A DNA stretch of 64,000 nucleotides from Methanomethylovorans hollandica DSM 15978 (GCF_000328665.1 NC_019977.1:1-64000); one strand, 5' to 3'; counted from the first letter of the stretch, positions 1 through 10,903 are shown. Numbers and translations: made by a program. Notes: generated by a model not told the origin, from the sequence alone.

Positions 1-440
1 TGGAACACTAAGGTTATGTGTTAGAGGTAAAAGTTGGATGTAAAGATTAACAGTAGTTTTATTTTTTATTTGTTTTGCTATTATATTTATCAAAGACAGT
101 TTTTGTACTCAGAAATAAAGCTTAAATAGTATAAGCTACATAATTGAAGTAGGCTTTTTTTTTGTATATAGTTAAAAATTGTTCACCAATTTTTTTTTAT
201 GGCTCCACTGGAAACAATAGGGTTCCTCTCTTTTATAAACCTTCCACTGGAAATAAAGGGGTCTCACATTTTAAGTTCCATTTGAAATTCACAATTAGAT
301 GTATCTTTTTTCTCATTAAATTTTGATAAAGGTGCTAAGCACTGTTTTTTCTCCATAACTTTATTTTTATAAATGCTTGCAATGGAAACAAAGGGGTTAT
401 CACCATAAGGATTAATAACCCTAATTTCCAATGTAGCGAA
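1..440. other. Putative replication origin (oriC) with ORB elements
   Basis: AT-rich non-coding region directly upstream of cdc6. ORB-like boxes: CTCCACTGGAAACAATAGGG (203-222), TTCCACTGGAAATAAAGGGG (242-261), TTGCAATGGAAACAAAGGGG (377-396), an inverted copy at 417-436 and a partial copy at position 1. Confidence 0.85.
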
Positions 441-625
441 TGGAAGAAAAGGATGAAATAAAGACTTCAGTTAGTTATAGTAGATTTTCTTTATTCAAGG
501 GTACTGAATTACAGAAGAGTTTATTTTTTCTTCTTTTAGTTCCCTTTACAATACATTTATCTGAAATGGTACCTTTACAGGCTATTTCACGTTGGTGAGT
601 TAAGTCCAAGGTCTTCAGTGGTAGG

Positions 626-1873
626 ATGGTAGTCAATATGCAAAATAAAGCTTTAGATGGTCTTTTTCAGGAATTACTTGCAACTGAACCTATTTTTAAC
701 AATAAGGAGGTTTTAAGGCCAACATATACTCCTGATACCTTAGTGCATAGAGATGAGCAAATAAACAGTCTTGCAACTATATTGGTTTCAGCTTTAAGAG
801 GTGACACTCCTTCTAATATTCTTATCTACGGCAAAACAGGAACTGGAAAAACAGCTGCTTCCAGGCATGTGGGAAGAGAGCTGGAAAGAATAGGTGAACA
901 ACTTAATGTTCAGTGTAGTGTAGTTTATGTTAATTGTGAAGTGATCGATACTCAATACAGGTTGCTTGCTAATCTGGCAAGACAGTTTGGAGAAGATGTA
1001 CCAATGACCGGTTGGCCTACTGATCAGGTATTTGCAAAATTTAAAGAGGTTATAGACTCAAAAAAGCAAGTAATTGTTGTAATTCTTGATGAAATTGATA
1101 AGCTTGTTAAAAAGGGAGATGATGTACTTTATAATCTATCCAGAGCAAATTCAGATCTCAAACAGGCTAAGGTTAGCATGATCGGAGTCTCTAACGACCT
1201 TAAATTCACTGAATTTTTAGATCCACGAGTAAAAAGCTCTCTTGGAGAAGAAGAAATCATTTTCCCACCTTATGATGCAGATCAGATCAGTGACATCTTG
1301 ATGGAAAGAGCAGAAATTGCTTATAAAAATGGAGTTTTGGAAGAAAGTGTCATCCCTTTATGTGCAGCTTTTGCGGCTCAGGAGCATGGTGATGCAAGGC
1401 GTGCATTGGATCTATTAAGGGTTGCAGGAGAACTTGCTGAACGCGAAAAGAAACCGCATGTACAGGAAGAGCATGTTAGAAGGGCTCAGGATAAAATAGA
1501 AGTTGATCGTGTTATTGAAGTAGTAAAGACCCTTCCCACTCAATCAAAACTTGCACTTTGTGCAGTCATAAATTTGAGAAACAACGGATATAAGAACGTT
1601 ACCACTGGAGAAGTGTACAATGTTTACCGTCAACTTTGTATTAATGTAGACATGGACATTCTAACCCAGAGGCGCGTGACCGATCTGATGTCAGAACTGG
1701 ACATGCTTGGTATAGTAAATGCTCTTGTTGTGAGTAAGGGTAGATATGGAAGAACAAAAGAAATAGTTTTGAGTGTCCCCGTTTCCAGTACACAGCGCGT
1801 ACTTTTTGAGGATTACAGACTGAAGCCACTTGAGGACTTCAAACCTGTAATTACCACTCAAATGCACTTATGA
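626..1873 (+). CDS. cdc6: Orc1/Cdc6 replication initiator
   Basis: Walker A GKTGTGKT, Walker B LDEID, HGDARRALDLL, C-terminal winged helix. Start may be ATG at 638. Confidence 0.97.
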   Translation: MVVNMQNKALDGLFQELLATEPIFNNKEVLRPTYTPDTLVHRDEQINSLATILVSALRGDTPSNILIYGKTGTGKTAASRHVGRELERIGEQLNVQCSVVYVNCEVIDTQYRLLANLARQFGEDVPMTGWPTDQVFAKFKEVIDSKKQVIVVILDEIDKLVKKGDDVLYNLSRANSDLKQAKVSMIGVSNDLKFTEFLDPRVKSSLGEEEIIFPPYDADQISDILMERAEIAYKNGVLEESVIPLCAAFAAQEHGDARRALDLLRVAGELAEREKKPHVQEEHVRRAQDKIEVDRVIEVVKTLPTQSKLALCAVINLRNNGYKNVTTGEVYNVYRQLCINVDMDILTQRRVTDLMSELDMLGIVNALVVSKGRYGRTKEIVLSVPVSSTQRVLFEDYRLKPLEDFKPVITTQMHL

Positions 1874-1897
1874 TGCTGTTTTCTGATAAAGTCCATA

Positions 1898-2455
1898 TCA
1901 GAAAGGCAACATCAGCCTTATCTTCCCTATATATGGTATTCGATATCTGGCAATTCCTATGATCCACTCTTCTTTTACCGGTGTAAGATAGCTTATTTGT
2001 CCCTGCTGATCATATATCATATTAGTTTGCTCATTATCCCCTTTAGTGATATAACCATCATGAGGGGCAACTGGCCCTCCTTTCCACATTGGTTCACCTG
2101 CTTTAACAAAGTACATCGCTCTATGTATAATAGGTATAACCTCTTCTCTGCCGTAAGGCCGGTATAATATAACATCCCCTTTATCCTTAAATGATACATA
2201 ATCAGTGGATGCATCATCTTTGGTTATTACAGATGTTCTTTCTATATTTTGGATAAAAATTATATCTCCTATATTCATATGTGGTTCCATACTACCGGAT
2301 TCCACAGCTACCATTGGTGTCCACATCCCGAATATCAGGTATGAAATTGTTGAAAATAAAAGCACAGCTGCAGCTACAGAAGTTATGTCTCTGGCAAGGG
2401 AAATATAAAAGTTCTCGCTTTCTCTAAAAGTTTTAATACCTTCCTTTAAATCCAT
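1898..2455 (-). CDS. S26 family signal peptidase (Sec11-like)
   Basis: TM helix, then VESGSMEP catalytic Ser motif, IIHR and TKGDN motifs. Start set at MDLKEG. Confidence 0.88.
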   Translation of the reverse strand: MDLKEGIKTFRESENFYISLARDITSVAAAVLLFSTISYLIFGMWTPMVAVESGSMEPHMNIGDIIFIQNIERTSVITKDDASTDYVSFKDKGDVILYRPYGREEVIPIIHRAMYFVKAGEPMWKGGPVAPHDGYITKGDNEQTNMIYDQQGQISYLTPVKEEWIIGIARYRIPYIGKIRLMLPF

Positions 2456-2617
2456 TCTTTCACCGGATGCTTTTAGATAAAAATGATATAATAGTTTCCT
2501 CCTTTCCATTACAACTATATAACAACATAGCATATAGAATACATCGCTCTCCTTGGAGTGCCAGAGGATTGAAAATCTGTGATCAAAATATTTCGCTATT
2601 CATAACGCTGATCCTCT

Positions 2618-4171
2618 ATGAATCAGATCGAAGTGATTACCGTTTTCCTAGAAGAAGGATATCAGATAAGCCCGAATGCTGTGGAATTGATATGTTGTCA
2701 TTGTAACCCACGCAGTCTTCTGGACGATGTCCTGCAGAACATGGACCCTTCTGTGTTAGTAGTGGATATTGAGCATATTAATGAGTGCATTAATGAAAGA
2801 GATATTCAAAAAAAATATGAAGTGCCTGTAAAAGCTCCTTTTTCTAAAAGCAGCAATATTATTCCTGCACAAGTAAACCCTATGGTTTCCACTCTTACCT
2901 GTCCTCAGTCTTACAATCCTGTTGATGTTTTATTGGACATTACTGATAATTCAACATGTGTAGGCGAATATATGGAATTTGTCCAGTTTTTCAGGAATAG
3001 ATATAGCAGATTAAGTGAAATGATAAGGGGCAGGTTAAATTCAAGACCTATAGAAAGTCTGAACAAATACCGTAATAAAAAAGGCGGTCGTCGCGAGGGC
3101 ATGGATAAGGATATGAATGAAGTTTCCATCATTGGTATGATCTCAGACATTAAGAGTACAAGTAATGGTCATAAAATGGTAGAACTTGAGGATACTACGG
3201 GTTCTATCTCAGTGCTGATAAGAATGGCTGATAAAGAGCTATTTGAGCTTGCCAGTTGCTTTGTACTGGATGAAGTTGTGGGTATTACTGGTGCTCTTAC
3301 TAACGATGGTAAACTGCTTATAGCTAAAAAGATCACGATTCCAGACTTACCTAATACTCTGGGTGAAAGAAAAAGATCATACGGCAAAGCTGTCCTCACC
3401 TCTGATGTTCATGTAGGTAGTTCTACATTTTTAGAAGAAGAATGGTATCGTTTTATTGATTTTCTCAAAGGTGATACTGACAATGAAGTGATGGCTGAGT
3501 TGTCCACGGAGGTACGTTATCTTGTTGTGGCTGGAGATCTTGTAGATGGAGTAGGTATTTATCCGGGACAGGAGATGGAATTAAATATACCGGATGTATA
3601 TGAACAGTATAAAAAAACTGCAGAATATTTTAGTGAAATACCAAAGCACATTAAAGTTATAATATCTCCTGGTAATCATGATGCTGTGAGACAAGCAGAA
3701 CCACAGCCCATGCTGCCGGAAAACATACGGGCAGATTTCTCTGAAAATGTATTATTTGTGGGTAATCCCTCTGTTGTTGATCTTGATGGTGTCAAACTTA
3801 TGATATATCATGGTAGGTCTATTGACGATCTGGTAGCCTCCATACCTGGTGTATCCTATCAGGAACCCACAAAGGCAATGGTGGAAATGATGAAAAGAAG
3901 ACATCTTTCTCCCATTTATGGCAGCCGGGTATCTATAGCTCCTGAAAAACAGGATCATTTTGTTATTAGCCAGGTGCCAGATATACTGCATTGTGGTCAT
4001 GTTCACACAGTGGGTGTGGAATGGTACAAGAATGTTCTATTGGTTAATTCGGGTACATGGCAGTCCCAGACCGAGTTCCAGAAAAGAGTAAATGTCGTGC
4101 CTACTCCTGCACAGGTGCCTATAGTAGACCTCAGCACTCTTAAGACCACTATCCTTAAGTTTGCTGAGTGA
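2618..4171 (+). CDS. DNA polymerase D small subunit DP1 (proofreading exonuclease)
   Basis: OB fold plus calcineurin-like motifs SDVHVGS, AGDLVDG, PGNHD, YHGRS, GHVH; sits next to cdc6. Confidence 0.95.
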   Translation: MNQIEVITVFLEEGYQISPNAVELICCHCNPRSLLDDVLQNMDPSVLVVDIEHINECINERDIQKKYEVPVKAPFSKSSNIIPAQVNPMVSTLTCPQSYNPVDVLLDITDNSTCVGEYMEFVQFFRNRYSRLSEMIRGRLNSRPIESLNKYRNKKGGRREGMDKDMNEVSIIGMISDIKSTSNGHKMVELEDTTGSISVLIRMADKELFELASCFVLDEVVGITGALTNDGKLLIAKKITIPDLPNTLGERKRSYGKAVLTSDVHVGSSTFLEEEWYRFIDFLKGDTDNEVMAELSTEVRYLVVAGDLVDGVGIYPGQEMELNIPDVYEQYKKTAEYFSEIPKHIKVIISPGNHDAVRQAEPQPMLPENIRADFSENVLFVGNPSVVDLDGVKLMIYHGRSIDDLVASIPGVSYQEPTKAMVEMMKRRHLSPIYGSRVSIAPEKQDHFVISQVPDILHCGHVHTVGVEWYKNVLLVNSGTWQSQTEFQKRVNVVPTPAQVPIVDLSTLKTTILKFAE

Positions 4172-4440
4172 TACTTGTAACAGTTTTTATCTAGAAATAA
4201 GATTGGCAGTTGAACAGAAAATTATAAATAGAAAATATTTACTACTCAACACCACATCCAATATAAATTTTGAAATTTTTGGTTACAGTATCAAATAAGT
4301 TTTTTTAGGTGTTTCTCTTATCTACTTCTTTTTTTCCAAAGCCCCCCATCTTAGATCTCAGAGCAAAAAATATATATTGGTGTGTCCTCAAGTCAAAGTT
4401 AAAACTTAATTGCCTGTAAATGCTTTTTGAAGGTATCTTC

Positions 4441-6063
4441 ATGTATGTAATTGCACTAGACCTTGGTACTAGCGGTTTCAGATCGCAGCTGATAGATATA
4501 GAGACAAGAGAAACTATTAAAACTGTGATCACTATGGGTCATCCACTCCCTGGCGGGAATGTAATGGACCATCTGGATTTTGCGATCAGCACAGGCAAGG
4601 ATGTAGCTCATGGATTGATAATTGAGGCTGTGAAGAAAGTACTGGAAAGATTCAATGTTGATCCATTAAGTATACAGAGAATAGCTGTTTGTGGTAATCC
4701 TATACAGTTATCCCTTTTTCAGAATAGTGAGATTCTGGACCTTGCGTATGCAGGCGAGGCCAAGCAGAAAAAACTGGGTGTTCACGATGTGAAAAGAGAT
4801 GCTCGGATCTTCCCTGCCAACCAGATATTCAAAGGCATCTATGAGATGGACAACTGTGAGATAGTAGTCCCTCCTGCAATAAAACATGAGATAGGTGCTG
4901 ATGCCCTTGCCATGATGATGGAAACCGATTTCATAAACCAGAATGAACCGTGTTTGGTAACAGATTATGGAACAAATGCAGAGATGGCATTAAAAGTAGG
5001 AGAGAGGATCATCACTGCAAGCGCTGCAGCTGGTCCGGCCATTGAAGGTCAGGGCATCAATTGCGGTATGCTGGCAGGTCCCGGAGCCATAAGTGATGTT
5101 AATCTTGAGGGTTCCTACTGGCGGCTCATAGTGCTCAACGAGGAGATGGAACCCATAGAAAGTGATCTTGTAGATCCAGTTTCCGGTGAAATCATTGAAT
5201 CTTCTGGAATAAAGGCCAAAGGTATTACAGGAACAGGGGTTATTTCTACCATTGCTTTGGCTATCAAGGAAGGCCTGACGAAAAAGTTGCCGCATCTTCC
5301 AGAGGGAAGGATTGTTTTGGGTGATGGGATCATAATCACCGATAAGGATGTGGAAGAAGTGGGTAAGGCGATCGGTGCCATCTGGGCTGCTCACATGACT
5401 CTCATGATAGAAGCCGGTATTGAATACTCTGACTTGAAATACGTTTATATGTCGGGGGCTACGGGCACATACGTTGATGCTGAAAAGGCGAGACATTTAG
5501 GTTCTGTACCGGGTTTTATCCCTAATATTGTCCAGTTTGGCAACACTTCCATCGGTCTTGCAAGAAAGCTTGCTGTGGATCCTATAAAGTTGTGTGATGT
5601 CATATCTGTAGCAAAGAAAATACATGCCGATCATCTCATGATGGCTACAAGTGAAACATTTAAAGACATATATCTCTGTGAACTGTCTTACTGGCAACAG
5701 GGAATGCCTTTGGAGATCTATGATCAGATGCTTCAGTTATATAAAATTAAACCTTTCCCCCAAAACCTTGAAAAGGTGAATATAGAAAGACGTGTTTCAA
5801 AGGATATTGATGATGTGGGGGAAAAAGGCATAGAGATTGTAAAGGATATAGGTATCATCCTTGAGGCACCTGTGGTAAAATGTATAATGTGCCATAAATG
5901 TGAAAAAGACTGTCCTGAAGATGCTGTAATTATCATTGAAAGAGAAGGTAAGAGGTTTGCAAATATAGACAGCCAGCATTGCCTTGGTACAAGTTGTAGA
6001 CGTTGTGTTACCATCTGTCCCGAACAAACAATGAACCATTCAATTTTGAAGGTGAAGCGTTAA
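4441..6063 (+). CDS. ramA: Methylamine corrinoid protein reductive activase
   Basis: ALDLGTSG ASKHA motif, HPLPGGNVMDHL, TDYGTNAEMAL, C-terminal 2x[4Fe-4S] (CIMCHKC...CP, CRRCVTICP). Confidence 0.93.
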   Translation: MYVIALDLGTSGFRSQLIDIETRETIKTVITMGHPLPGGNVMDHLDFAISTGKDVAHGLIIEAVKKVLERFNVDPLSIQRIAVCGNPIQLSLFQNSEILDLAYAGEAKQKKLGVHDVKRDARIFPANQIFKGIYEMDNCEIVVPPAIKHEIGADALAMMMETDFINQNEPCLVTDYGTNAEMALKVGERIITASAAAGPAIEGQGINCGMLAGPGAISDVNLEGSYWRLIVLNEEMEPIESDLVDPVSGEIIESSGIKAKGITGTGVISTIALAIKEGLTKKLPHLPEGRIVLGDGIIITDKDVEEVGKAIGAIWAAHMTLMIEAGIEYSDLKYVYMSGATGTYVDAEKARHLGSVPGFIPNIVQFGNTSIGLARKLAVDPIKLCDVISVAKKIHADHLMMATSETFKDIYLCELSYWQQGMPLEIYDQMLQLYKIKPFPQNLEKVNIERRVSKDIDDVGEKGIEIVKDIGIILEAPVVKCIMCHKCEKDCPEDAVIIIEREGKRFANIDSQHCLGTSCRRCVTICPEQTMNHSILKVKR

Positions 6064-6099
6064 ACCTTTGCATGCTAACACTTCTAAAGGTCATAGTAT

Positions 6100-6348
6100 A
6101 TGGAACCCTCAGAACTTACTGACAGTAATAGAGCAACTTATGGCAGGTATTTTGGCATCTGTACTTCATACCATCATTCTAAAGGTTGCCTCTGTATAAA
6201 ATGTCCTTCTTATCAGGAAAAAGGGATGATGTTCTGTGCCAGGAAAAATCAGCAAACGCCATCTTTAAAGGCAGGTTGTCTGTGTCTCTCATGTCATACT
6301 TATGAGAAGTTCAGACTTGAAGGAGATTATTTTTGTTTTATTCAGTAG
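6100..6348 (+). CDS. Small Cys-rich protein (DUF2769-like)
   Basis: CLCIKCPSY, FCARK, GCLCLSC and YFC motifs. Ends TAG-TGA. Confidence 0.75.
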   Translation: MEPSELTDSNRATYGRYFGICTSYHHSKGCLCIKCPSYQEKGMMFCARKNQQTPSLKAGCLCLSCHTYEKFRLEGDYFCFIQ

Positions 6349-6363
6349 TGAGGTAGATACTAA

Positions 6364-7134
6364 TTGAAATTATTTAAAAAAATATTTACTGGCAACTCTA
6401 CGAAGAAAGACATCAAAAAGATTCACGATGGTGCATTACAGGCTTATAAGAAGGGACATGTTCTTCTTAAGATGCAGAAGTTTGAAGAGTGTATAGCTGC
6501 TTATGATCTGGCAGAAGATTTGTGGGAAGAAGAGGTGGACATGCTTACATCTCAGGGTGATTATGAAGCTGCAAAGATATCAAAAGCAAGTGTCCTTAAT
6601 AGTTTGGCTGGAAAAAGCTATGCAAATTATATGATAGGAAAATATGATAATTCTCTCGAACTCCTTGAAAAGATGTTGGATCAAGTTCCAGATGATCCTG
6701 AAAGCCTTTTTAGAAAAGGCTTTGTGCTTTATAAAACTGGGAGATACAATGAAGCTTTGTTTTGTCTTGACAGTGCATTGTCCAAATGTATGCAATTCCC
6801 TGAGGCATGGTACTGTAAAGGAAATATTTTAAGAGAGCTTGGAAATTATGAGGGTGCACTTGAAGCTTTTGAGTATTCTATTGAATGTTCGCAGCCTCTT
6901 AACTATCAGTTCCCACGGTTTACATGGATTCCTCTCACATCATCTTCTCACATTAAAATGGATAGTGCAGAAGCATGGTACTGCAAAGGTGACATATTTT
7001 TCAGACAGACTAAGTATGCAGATGCTCTAGAAGCTTTTAACAGAGCTTTGGCAATAAAACCCGGGTTTGAAGATGCTGCTAAGTTCAGGGATACAGTGCT
7101 TCATGAACTTGGAAAGAAAAGTATATCAAATTAG
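6364..7134 (+). CDS. Tetratricopeptide repeat protein
   Basis: Repeated AWYCKG...Y..AL..F TPR motifs; GAGGT SD before the TTG start. Confidence 0.85.
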   Translation: MKLFKKIFTGNSTKKDIKKIHDGALQAYKKGHVLLKMQKFEECIAAYDLAEDLWEEEVDMLTSQGDYEAAKISKASVLNSLAGKSYANYMIGKYDNSLELLEKMLDQVPDDPESLFRKGFVLYKTGRYNEALFCLDSALSKCMQFPEAWYCKGNILRELGNYEGALEAFEYSIECSQPLNYQFPRFTWIPLTSSSHIKMDSAEAWYCKGDIFFRQTKYADALEAFNRALAIKPGFEDAAKFRDTVLHELGKKSISN

Positions 7135-7186
7135 GAATGCTAGTTGAAAACCTATCCTTTTTTTAGTGATAGATAATTAAAAACTA

Positions 7187-7212
7187 ATGCAGGGTCTTTA
7201 CTAACCCTGCAT
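7187..7212. terminator. Hairpin between convergent genes
   Basis: ATGCAGGGT-N8-ACCCTGCAT perfect inverted repeat. Confidence 0.55.
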
Positions 7213-7227
7213 ATTTCAGGTTTTAGT

Positions 7228-8247
7228 TCAATACTTATGTGCTTTCGCCATTTCCACCATTGCCTGCAGGTTCACTGTGGGTGTCTTGCTGACAATACCA
7301 CAACCTGGTGCAAGCAATGCGACCCCTGCATCAAGGACTTCCTTTGATTTCTCTTTGATGAACTCAGGTGTCTTGTTCCAGAGCACATTCACAGGGTCCA
7401 GGTTACCAACTATCAATGCCTTTTTGACTGCATTGACGGCTGTTGCAGGATCTACATTCTGATCGATACTGATGGCGTTCACACCACTGGATTCCATGAG
7501 TGCAAGACCAGCTGTGGTATCACCGCAGATGTGGAGTACTGTAGGCACGTTCAGCTCGTTCATGGCATCTACCAGTTTCTTGTGGAATGGTACTACGAAC
7601 TTCTCATAGAACTCAGCTCCAATCAGCTGGTAACTTGCTGTTGGGTCGATAATAACCATAGTATCAGCACCGTTCTCCACCATCTTCTTTGCGTATGCAA
7701 CACTGAAAGCTGTGGAGAACTCCATAAGCTTCAAGCCAAGGTTCTCATCTGTAAAGATATTCATGAACCAGTCATCACCGTTCAAATGCTGGGCAAGGGA
7801 GAAAGGACCTATCATACTGCCAATGATGGGTAATTCCTTACCGTACTTGTCTGCCAGGATCTTAATAGCCTCACAGACAACGCCTATCCTGCCGTGGTCC
7901 AGACTGTAACCTTCCAATTTAGCTATGTCATCAACGCTCTTGACCACATGGCCTACCACAGAAGGCTGTTGTTCCTGTGTACCTGCCTTGATCTGGCAGC
8001 CGAAGAACTCAGCTTCAGCAGTGATATCAAAGGGTACACGTACCGCTTCAAAACCTACAACGGTATGACCAGCTTCGCCTAAATTTGCCATGAGCTGGGC
8101 ATCTTCATTGGCCTGCGGCCAGAATGCGCCACAAGCTTCCATTTGTTCTACGGTACCGGTCTGCGTGACAGAAATAGCTGCCATACGGTCTACGCTCTGC
8201 CCTGTTAAAATACGGGCAAGCCTTTCTTTAGGGGTGTAATCGGACAT
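7228..8247 (-). CDS. mtbA: Methylcobamide:CoM methyltransferase, methylamine-specific (copy 1)
   Basis: YTPKERL N-terminus, [16 protein letters not shown], Zn ligands LHICG and PGCG. Protein identical to 41897-42916. Confidence 0.93.
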   Translation of the reverse strand: MSDYTPKERLARILTGQSVDRMAAISVTQTGTVEQMEACGAFWPQANEDAQLMANLGEAGHTVVGFEAVRVPFDITAEAEFFGCQIKAGTQEQQPSVVGHVVKSVDDIAKLEGYSLDHGRIGVVCEAIKILADKYGKELPIIGSMIGPFSLAQHLNGDDWFMNIFTDENLGLKLMEFSTAFSVAYAKKMVENGADTMVIIDPTASYQLIGAEFYEKFVVPFHKKLVDAMNELNVPTVLHICGDTTAGLALMESSGVNAISIDQNVDPATAVNAVKKALIVGNLDPVNVLWNKTPEFIKEKSKEVLDAGVALLAPGCGIVSKTPTVNLQAMVEMAKAHKY

Positions 8248-8445
8248 AATCAGTCTCCTTAAAAATTATGTTCTTTCAAAAGCTTTTCACTGTTAAAATG
8301 AAACAAGTGGCTATATACAATCCTCACAGATATGATGGTCTTTGAAAAACCAAAAGGTGAGGTGCTACTTATTATATCAGTTATGAGATTTATATAAACT
8401 AGTTCCGTTACTGTTTTTTCACTTTGATTTCTCACTTAAAGTTCA

Positions 8446-8907
8446 TTATTCCCACTTGCAGGGTTTGCCTTCACTCTGTATCTTCGACATGACCTCTATA
8501 CGTTTGAAACTTTCCCAGAGTCCGTGAACATTGCAACTTGCGACTGCAATTAGATCTGTGAGCACTGATTTTGTACCACAATCACCACACACATTGACCC
8601 CATGGATATTACATTGTTCTAACACTTTCACAGCAACAACTTCTTCAGGGATTGTTACTGTGAACTCCGCAGTGGTGCTGGTATCAGATGGTGAATAATT
8701 CACTTCTCCTAACTTTATTCCATGCATGGAGAGCTTTATCCATTCGATGTAATGAGATTGTTCCATTACATGTGGAACTGTCACCTTAACAATGAAAGGC
8801 TGTCCAGTGAGGACAAGTTCCGGTGCTTCTATCATAGGCACATGCTTCTGCTCAAGCTCTGTGAGGTGAGCTGGATCTACAGGCTTATTGATTTTTTTAT
8901 CAGTCAT
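8446..8907 (-). CDS. Desulfoferrodoxin/superoxide reductase-like protein
   Basis: KHVP, PHVM, HYIEWI and CNVHGLW iron-site motifs. Confidence 0.8.
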   Translation of the reverse strand: MTDKKINKPVDPAHLTELEQKHVPMIEAPELVLTGQPFIVKVTVPHVMEQSHYIEWIKLSMHGIKLGEVNYSPSDTSTTAEFTVTIPEEVVAVKVLEQCNIHGVNVCGDCGTKSVLTDLIAVASCNVHGLWESFKRIEVMSKIQSEGKPCKWE

Positions 8908-8969
8908 TTGATCACCATTTTCCTGAGTTCTATATCAATAAATAAAATAAAAAGCCAGCAGAGCCGGCA

Positions 8970-9224
8970 TTAGAACTTATAGTGTTTCACAGAGTGGTAC
9001 AGTATAACCACAAAGAACACTATTATTACTCCAAGAGATGAGAAATAGGCTACAGGATCCCATACAAAGCTCATAGCTCCGCTTTCTCCCCAGCCTACAA
9101 GCACAGTTCCCTGCAAGACCACTGGTGTTACCACGCAGGTAAAAGCAACTATGAAGACAAAGAGGATGTCAAAGATCCTCATGAAAATTCCTGTTTCTCC
9201 TTCCTGTTTAACTGCTGCTGCCAT
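8970..9224 (-). CDS. Small two-TM membrane protein in mtmP operon
   Basis: GGAGG SD, two hydrophobic segments, tight operon spacing. Confidence 0.75.
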   Translation of the reverse strand: MAAAVKQEGETGIFMRIFDILFVFIVAFTCVVTPVVLQGTVLVGWGESGAMSFVWDPVAYFSSLGVIIVFFVVILYHSVKHYKF

Positions 9225-9235
9225 CTTATACCTCC

Positions 9236-9511
9236 TTAATCATAGTATTCAAATTCGAACATGTGTTTCTTGATGGATTTATATACACCCACACATCCCA
9301 ATGTTTCTATTCCCAGCAACAGGATTATGAACAGTACATACAGTCCTATGAGGAGAGGTGGTATAGGTACACTGGCTCCTATTATTGACACTATGTTGTA
9401 TATCATGTACAGTTCGGAGAAGTACAGCAGTGCTAGCAGCAACACAATGACTCCGGCATCCTGATGCAATTTGCTATGGTATCTGTTATTGTCTATATTT
9501 GCCAACTTCAT
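9236..9511 (-). CDS. Small two-TM membrane protein in mtmP operon
   Basis: GGAGG SD, two hydrophobic helices, 9 nt after mtmP. Confidence 0.75.
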   Translation of the reverse strand: MKLANIDNNRYHSKLHQDAGVIVLLLALLYFSELYMIYNIVSIIGASVPIPPLLIGLYVLFIILLLGIETLGCVGVYKSIKKHMFEFEYYD

Positions 9512-9520
9512 CCCTCCTTA

Positions 9521-10903
9521 TTAGCTCCTGTGCATTACCGGATTTGGCCATCCCATATCGCGTTCCCAGTCATGCTCACTTTCCATGCTCTTGTACCTCC
9601 AGTTGAAGTAGAAGTACGCTACTATGTAGAACACCAGCCCAAAGATCAGATTGTAACGGTATCCCCAATTGAGTGTCGAGAGAATTATTATTGCAAGGAA
9701 TATAGTAAAGTAAGCTATCCATGGCTGCAAGGGTCCTATGAACGGACGCACCTTGCTCGAATGCTGTGGGAACATTTTTCTGAACCTTATAAGAGCAAAT
9801 GGGATCATGACATAGGCAACCATTCCTGATGTGATCGAGAAGGTTATAACCTGGTCAAGGAAACCACTAAATGCAAAAGCAATAGCTATAGGCATTGTAA
9901 AGATCACAGCTCTGTAAGGTGTGTAATATCTTGGGTGCACGGCTGCGAACCAGGGTGTCAGGAAATTATCCCTGGACAATGCAAACCATGACCTTGAAGA
10001 GTCACACACACATCCGTTTGCACTGGCAATACAGGTAAACAATGTACCTATGGCCAGGAACACTACCAGGAAATACATACCACTTGAAGTTGCTGCCTCA
10101 TAAAGGGGATATACAGATACTCCGAGTACTGATGCGGGTATAAGGCCAGAACATAGAAACAGCGTCATACCTGCTCCAATAAGCAGAGTGATCATACCAG
10201 CCTGTTGTCCCAGTGGAACTGCCCTTGAGGGATGCTTGCATTCTTCTGCGCACATTGCCGCACCTTCTATTCCCAGATAGAACCAGGGACCGAACTGCAA
10301 TGCAGCAAATATTCCCACAATCCCGTTAGGCATTGCGCCTGAGATCAATTCTGCAGGGTTCCATGGTATATTTCCTATTCCCAGGAGATTGAAGAAGAAG
10401 AACATGATTATAGCTATGAAAGCGGTCATGGTTAGCGCAAAGTTAAGAGTAAGTGCAGCCACGACTCCGCGGTAGTTGATAAATGTAAGGATCGATATCA
10501 CAAGCAATGTAACTGGTAATACTTGTATCTCCGGAAAGATCGATTGGGCTATTGATGCCACGACAATTGAATCTGCAGCTTCCAAGGCAATATATTCCAT
10601 GTACACGGCAAGACCAACTATGGCAGCTGCTCCTGGTCCTATGAACAATCTTGCCCAGTCATAGGGACCTCCCGCAAGTTTTGTAGCGGCTCCAAGTTCA
10701 CTAGCACACAGTGCTACCATAACATACATCGTACCTGCTACAAGCAGTGCAAACAGGGAACCAAGTATACCACCCTTTGCAACTGTGAAGTTCCACCCCA
10801 TATATTCTCCGACAAGCACTATGCCGACACCAAGAGCCCATACGTGATAAGGTCTCAATGTTTTTACAAGGGTGGGGGATTCTGAACTCGTTTCTTCGGT
10901 CAT
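9521..10903 (-). CDS. mtmP: APC-family permease, probable monomethylamine transporter
   Basis: About 12 TM segments, GVGIVLVGEYMGWN and WFYLGIEG motifs, downstream of mtmCB. Confidence 0.85.
   Translation of the reverse strand: MTEETSSESPTLVKTLRPYHVWALGVGIVLVGEYMGWNFTVAKGGILGSLFALLVAGTMYVMVALCASELGAATKLAGGPYDWARLFIGPGAAAIVGLAVYMEYIALEAADSIVVASIAQSIFPEIQVLPVTLLVISILTFINYRGVVAALTLNFALTMTAFIAIIMFFFFNLLGIGNIPWNPAELISGAMPNGIVGIFAALQFGPWFYLGIEGAAMCAEECKHPSRAVPLGQQAGMITLLIGAGMTLFLCSGLIPASVLGVSVYPLYEAATSSGMYFLVVFLAIGTLFTCIASANGCVCDSSRSWFALSRDNFLTPWFAAVHPRYYTPYRAVIFTMPIAIAFAFSGFLDQVITFSITSGMVAYVMIPFALIRFRKMFPQHSSKVRPFIGPLQPWIAYFTIFLAIIILSTLNWGYRYNLIFGLVFYIVAYFYFNWRYKSMESEHDWERDMGWPNPVMHRS

Noticed and set aside
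1772..1792. ORB-like sequence on the minus strand inside cdc6
   Set aside because: Spacing differs from the upstream ORBs and it is explained by the codons for SVPVSST.
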